The notes beneath the pieces were generated by a model. The model saw nothing but the letters and a program-made list of their open reading frames with translations. It made no database searches and was not told the origin of the DNA. A DNA stretch of 30,829 nt from Myxococcales bacterium (GTDB lineage Bacteria; Myxococcota_A; Polyangia; Polyangiales; Polyangiaceae), in contig JAYTOU010000022.1 in assembly GCA_043747615.1 (NCBI GenBank), positions 1-30,829 on the forward strand. Direction: 5' to 3'. Position 1 is the stretch's first letter, and each line of letters opens with the position of its first letter. The translations under genes and the position numbers were made by a program. This document shows positions 28,870 to 30,829 of this stretch, piece after piece.

Positions 28870-29244
28870 ATGAAAACTCTCCTCGCCGCTCTCGCGTGTA
28901 TTTCGTTGGCAACGACGGCCGCGACCTCTGGCTGCAACAAGACGTCGAGCGCCGACGAGGGCGCGGTTCGAGCAAAGACGGGCGGCGGCCACGACGTCAA
29001 CGTCGACGCCAAGGGTTTCACTCCGAGCTCGATCGAATTCAAGAAAGGCGAGAAGGGGGCCATTACGTTCACCCGCACGTCGGACGACACATGCGCGAAG
29101 GACGTCGTCTTCCCGGAAATCAACTTGAAGAAAGAGCTCCCGCTCAACAAGCCTGTGGTGGTCGAAGTGCCAACCGACGCCGCGCGCACGCTTACCTTCA
29201 CGTGCGGCATGGGCATGTTCAAGAGCGCGGTCGTCATCCGCTGA
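28870..29244 (+). CDS. Cupredoxin_1 (CupA-like) lipoprotein
   Basis: Lipobox TSGC, GFTPSSI, TCAKDVVFP and FTCGMGM (Cys + CGMxM copper-binding pattern). Confidence 0.85.
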   Translation: MKTLLAALACISLATTAATSGCNKTSSADEGAVRAKTGGGHDVNVDAKGFTPSSIEFKKGEKGAITFTRTSDDTCAKDVVFPEINLKKELPLNKPVVVEVPTDAARTLTFTCGMGMFKSAVVIR

Positions 29245-29246
29245 GC

Positions 29247-30545
29247 TCAGCCTGCGGCGACGATGCTCTCTTCCAGAATGGAGAGCAGGCGGGTGAGGTC
29301 GCTCGGATCGATGTTGAGCGGAGGCGTTACGTAGACCGTGTCACCGAGAGGGCGTAGATACGCGCCGCGTTTTTTTGCTTCCTCGTAGATGCGCCACCCC
29401 GCGCCGCCGAGGTAACCGCCGCCGGAGCGAAGATCGGCAGCGCCGATCATACCGAGGCTGCGCACGCGTGCGATCGTAGGCAATTTTTCGATGCGCGCGA
29501 AGGCCTGGGCGATCACCGCGGACCGCTGCCGGACGCCCTCGATGATCTGCTCGTCGCGGTAGATGGCGAGAACTTCGCGTGCGAGTGCGGCGCCGAGCGG
29601 GTTGCCGCAGAAGGTATGACCGTAATAAAGCGCACGCTCGGGACCGCCGCGAAAAGCATCGAAGACGCGATCGGTGGTGAGAGTCGCGCCCATCGGGAAG
29701 AGTGCGGCGAATGATTTTCCGAGACACAGGAGATCGGGCGTGATCCCAGCGTGATCGCAGGCCCACATTTCCCCGGTGCGCCCATAGCCGGTGAAGACCT
29801 CGTCGACGATGAGCAGCGTGTCGTACGTGTCGCAGGCGCGGCGAAGCTCCCGCAAGAACTCGGGAGCGTACATGCGCATTCCCGACGCTCCTTGCACGAT
29901 GGGCTCGACCACTACCGCGGCCACGTCCCTTGCCTGAAGTGCTTGGGTGATCGCATCGAAGGCGCGCGCGTACCCGTCGGCGTCGGGAAACGGAGCGTGG
30001 ACGCAGTCGAAGACCACGCCCGCGAAGGGGCGACGAAAGACCTCCACGCCGCCGAGGCTCGTGGCGGCGAGCGTGTCTCCGTGGAACGCGCCGTCGAGCG
30101 CGATGAAGCGCGATTTCTTCGGAGCACCGAGCTGCTGCCACATTTGAATCGCGATCTTCACCGCCACCTCGACGGAGGTGGAGCCGTTGTCGGTGTAAAA
30201 TACCCTTGAAATTCCGGGCGGAGCGAGAGCGGTGAGCTCCTCGGCGAGCATCGCGGCCGGCTCGTGCGTGATGCCGGCGAGAGAGCAGTGAGCGAGAACG
30301 TCGACCTGCTTGCGGAGGACTTCGAGGATCCTCGGATGCCCGTGACCGAGGCAGGCGACATACCAGGACGAGTTTCCATCGAGGTAGGTCTTCCCGTTCA
30401 CGTCCTCGAGGAAGGAGCCCTTCGCGCGCGCCACGACGATGGGATCAACCTCGTCGATGTATCTGTCCATCGCCGTGTATGGATGCCACACGTGAGCTTT
30501 GTCTCGGGCGACGATCCCTGCGCGTCGTGTCACGTCATCGGTCAT
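29247..30545 (-). CDS. bioA: Adenosylmethionine-8-amino-7-oxononanoate aminotransferase
   Basis: VWHPYTAM, SSWY..LGH, NGSTSVEVAVK, FHGDT, EPIVQGASGM, DEVFTGYGRTG, PLP Lys in LCLGKS, GHTFCGNPL, LRPLGDTVY. Confidence 0.92.
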   Translation of the reverse strand: MTDDVTRRAGIVARDKAHVWHPYTAMDRYIDEVDPIVVARAKGSFLEDVNGKTYLDGNSSWYVACLGHGHPRILEVLRKQVDVLAHCSLAGITHEPAAMLAEELTALAPPGISRVFYTDNGSTSVEVAVKIAIQMWQQLGAPKKSRFIALDGAFHGDTLAATSLGGVEVFRRPFAGVVFDCVHAPFPDADGYARAFDAITQALQARDVAAVVVEPIVQGASGMRMYAPEFLRELRRACDTYDTLLIVDEVFTGYGRTGEMWACDHAGITPDLLCLGKSFAALFPMGATLTTDRVFDAFRGGPERALYYGHTFCGNPLGAALAREVLAIYRDEQIIEGVRQRSAVIAQAFARIEKLPTIARVRSLGMIGAADLRSGGGYLGGAGWRIYEEAKKRGAYLRPLGDTVYVTPPLNIDPSDLTRLLSILEESIVAAG

Positions 30546-30829
30546 GCGATTTCTTTCGGGGGTGGGCGGGACTCGCTTGAGCGTCCGACCGGCAAGAACA
30601 CCGTCACAGTCGTGCCTTCACCGGCACGGCTGTCGATCAAGAGATGGCCGCCGTGCGCGACCACGATGCGATCCACGATAGCTAGGCCTAGTCCGGTACC
30701 GCTCGGTCGCGTCGTGAAGAACGGATCCTTCGCTCGCGCTTTGACGAGGGTGTCCATGCCTTCACCGGTATCGATGATGTCGATCGCCACGCCTGCGGTC
30801 CCTTCCTCTTCCTTCTCGCGGACGTGGAC
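30542..30829 (-). CDS. Sensor histidine kinase, C-terminal HATPase part (5' truncated by window edge)
   Basis: G1 box DTGEGM, F box DPFFTT, G2 box GTGLGLAIV, HGG. Its stop overlaps the bioA ATG (ATGA). Confidence 0.9.
   Translation of the reverse strand, partial: VHVREKEEEGTAGVAIDIIDTGEGMDTLVKARAKDPFFTTRPSGTGLGLAIVDRIVVAHGGHLLIDSRAGEGTTVTVFLPVGRSSESRPPPKEIA

Overview
GC-rich (roughly 65% by eye) chromosomal segment, most likely from a myxobacterium (Polyangiaceae/Sorangiineae-like, inferred from a MYXO-CTERM tail, Cys-rich lipoproteins and a long PrkA). It is mostly housekeeping. It holds the 3' part of a spoVR gene coupled to a small HEPN-like ORF and a TPR lipoprotein, and a minus-strand run of oppD/oppF-type ATPases, pdhA-pdhB-pdhC, an FGE/SUMF1 protein and a metallophosphoesterase. 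It also holds a DNRLRE-like lipoprotein, a stand-alone DsbD-alpha-like protein, prkA with a MATE, tatD with a TonB-like gene, tRNA-Met(CAT), a large S8 subtilase/FG-GAP/MYXO-CTERM protein, a REC-XRE regulator, a methyltransferase, tRNA-Pro(CGG), a second MATE, dienelactone hydrolase, a CupA-like cupredoxin, bioA and the end of a histidine kinase. No transposase, integrase, CRISPR array or clear defence island was seen. The best leads are: (i) a leaderless leader peptide plus SD-sequestering hairpin upstream of the second MATE (candidate attenuator); (ii) the spoVR-coupled HEPN-like ORF with a dispersed prkA; (iii) a recurrent TANNNT-N6-7-start leaderless promoter pattern, including bidirectional -10 boxes; (iv) a subtilase with non-canonical catalytic motifs; (v) three gene remnants, including a cold-shock pseudogene. 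All family calls come from motif recognition by eye; no searches were run.
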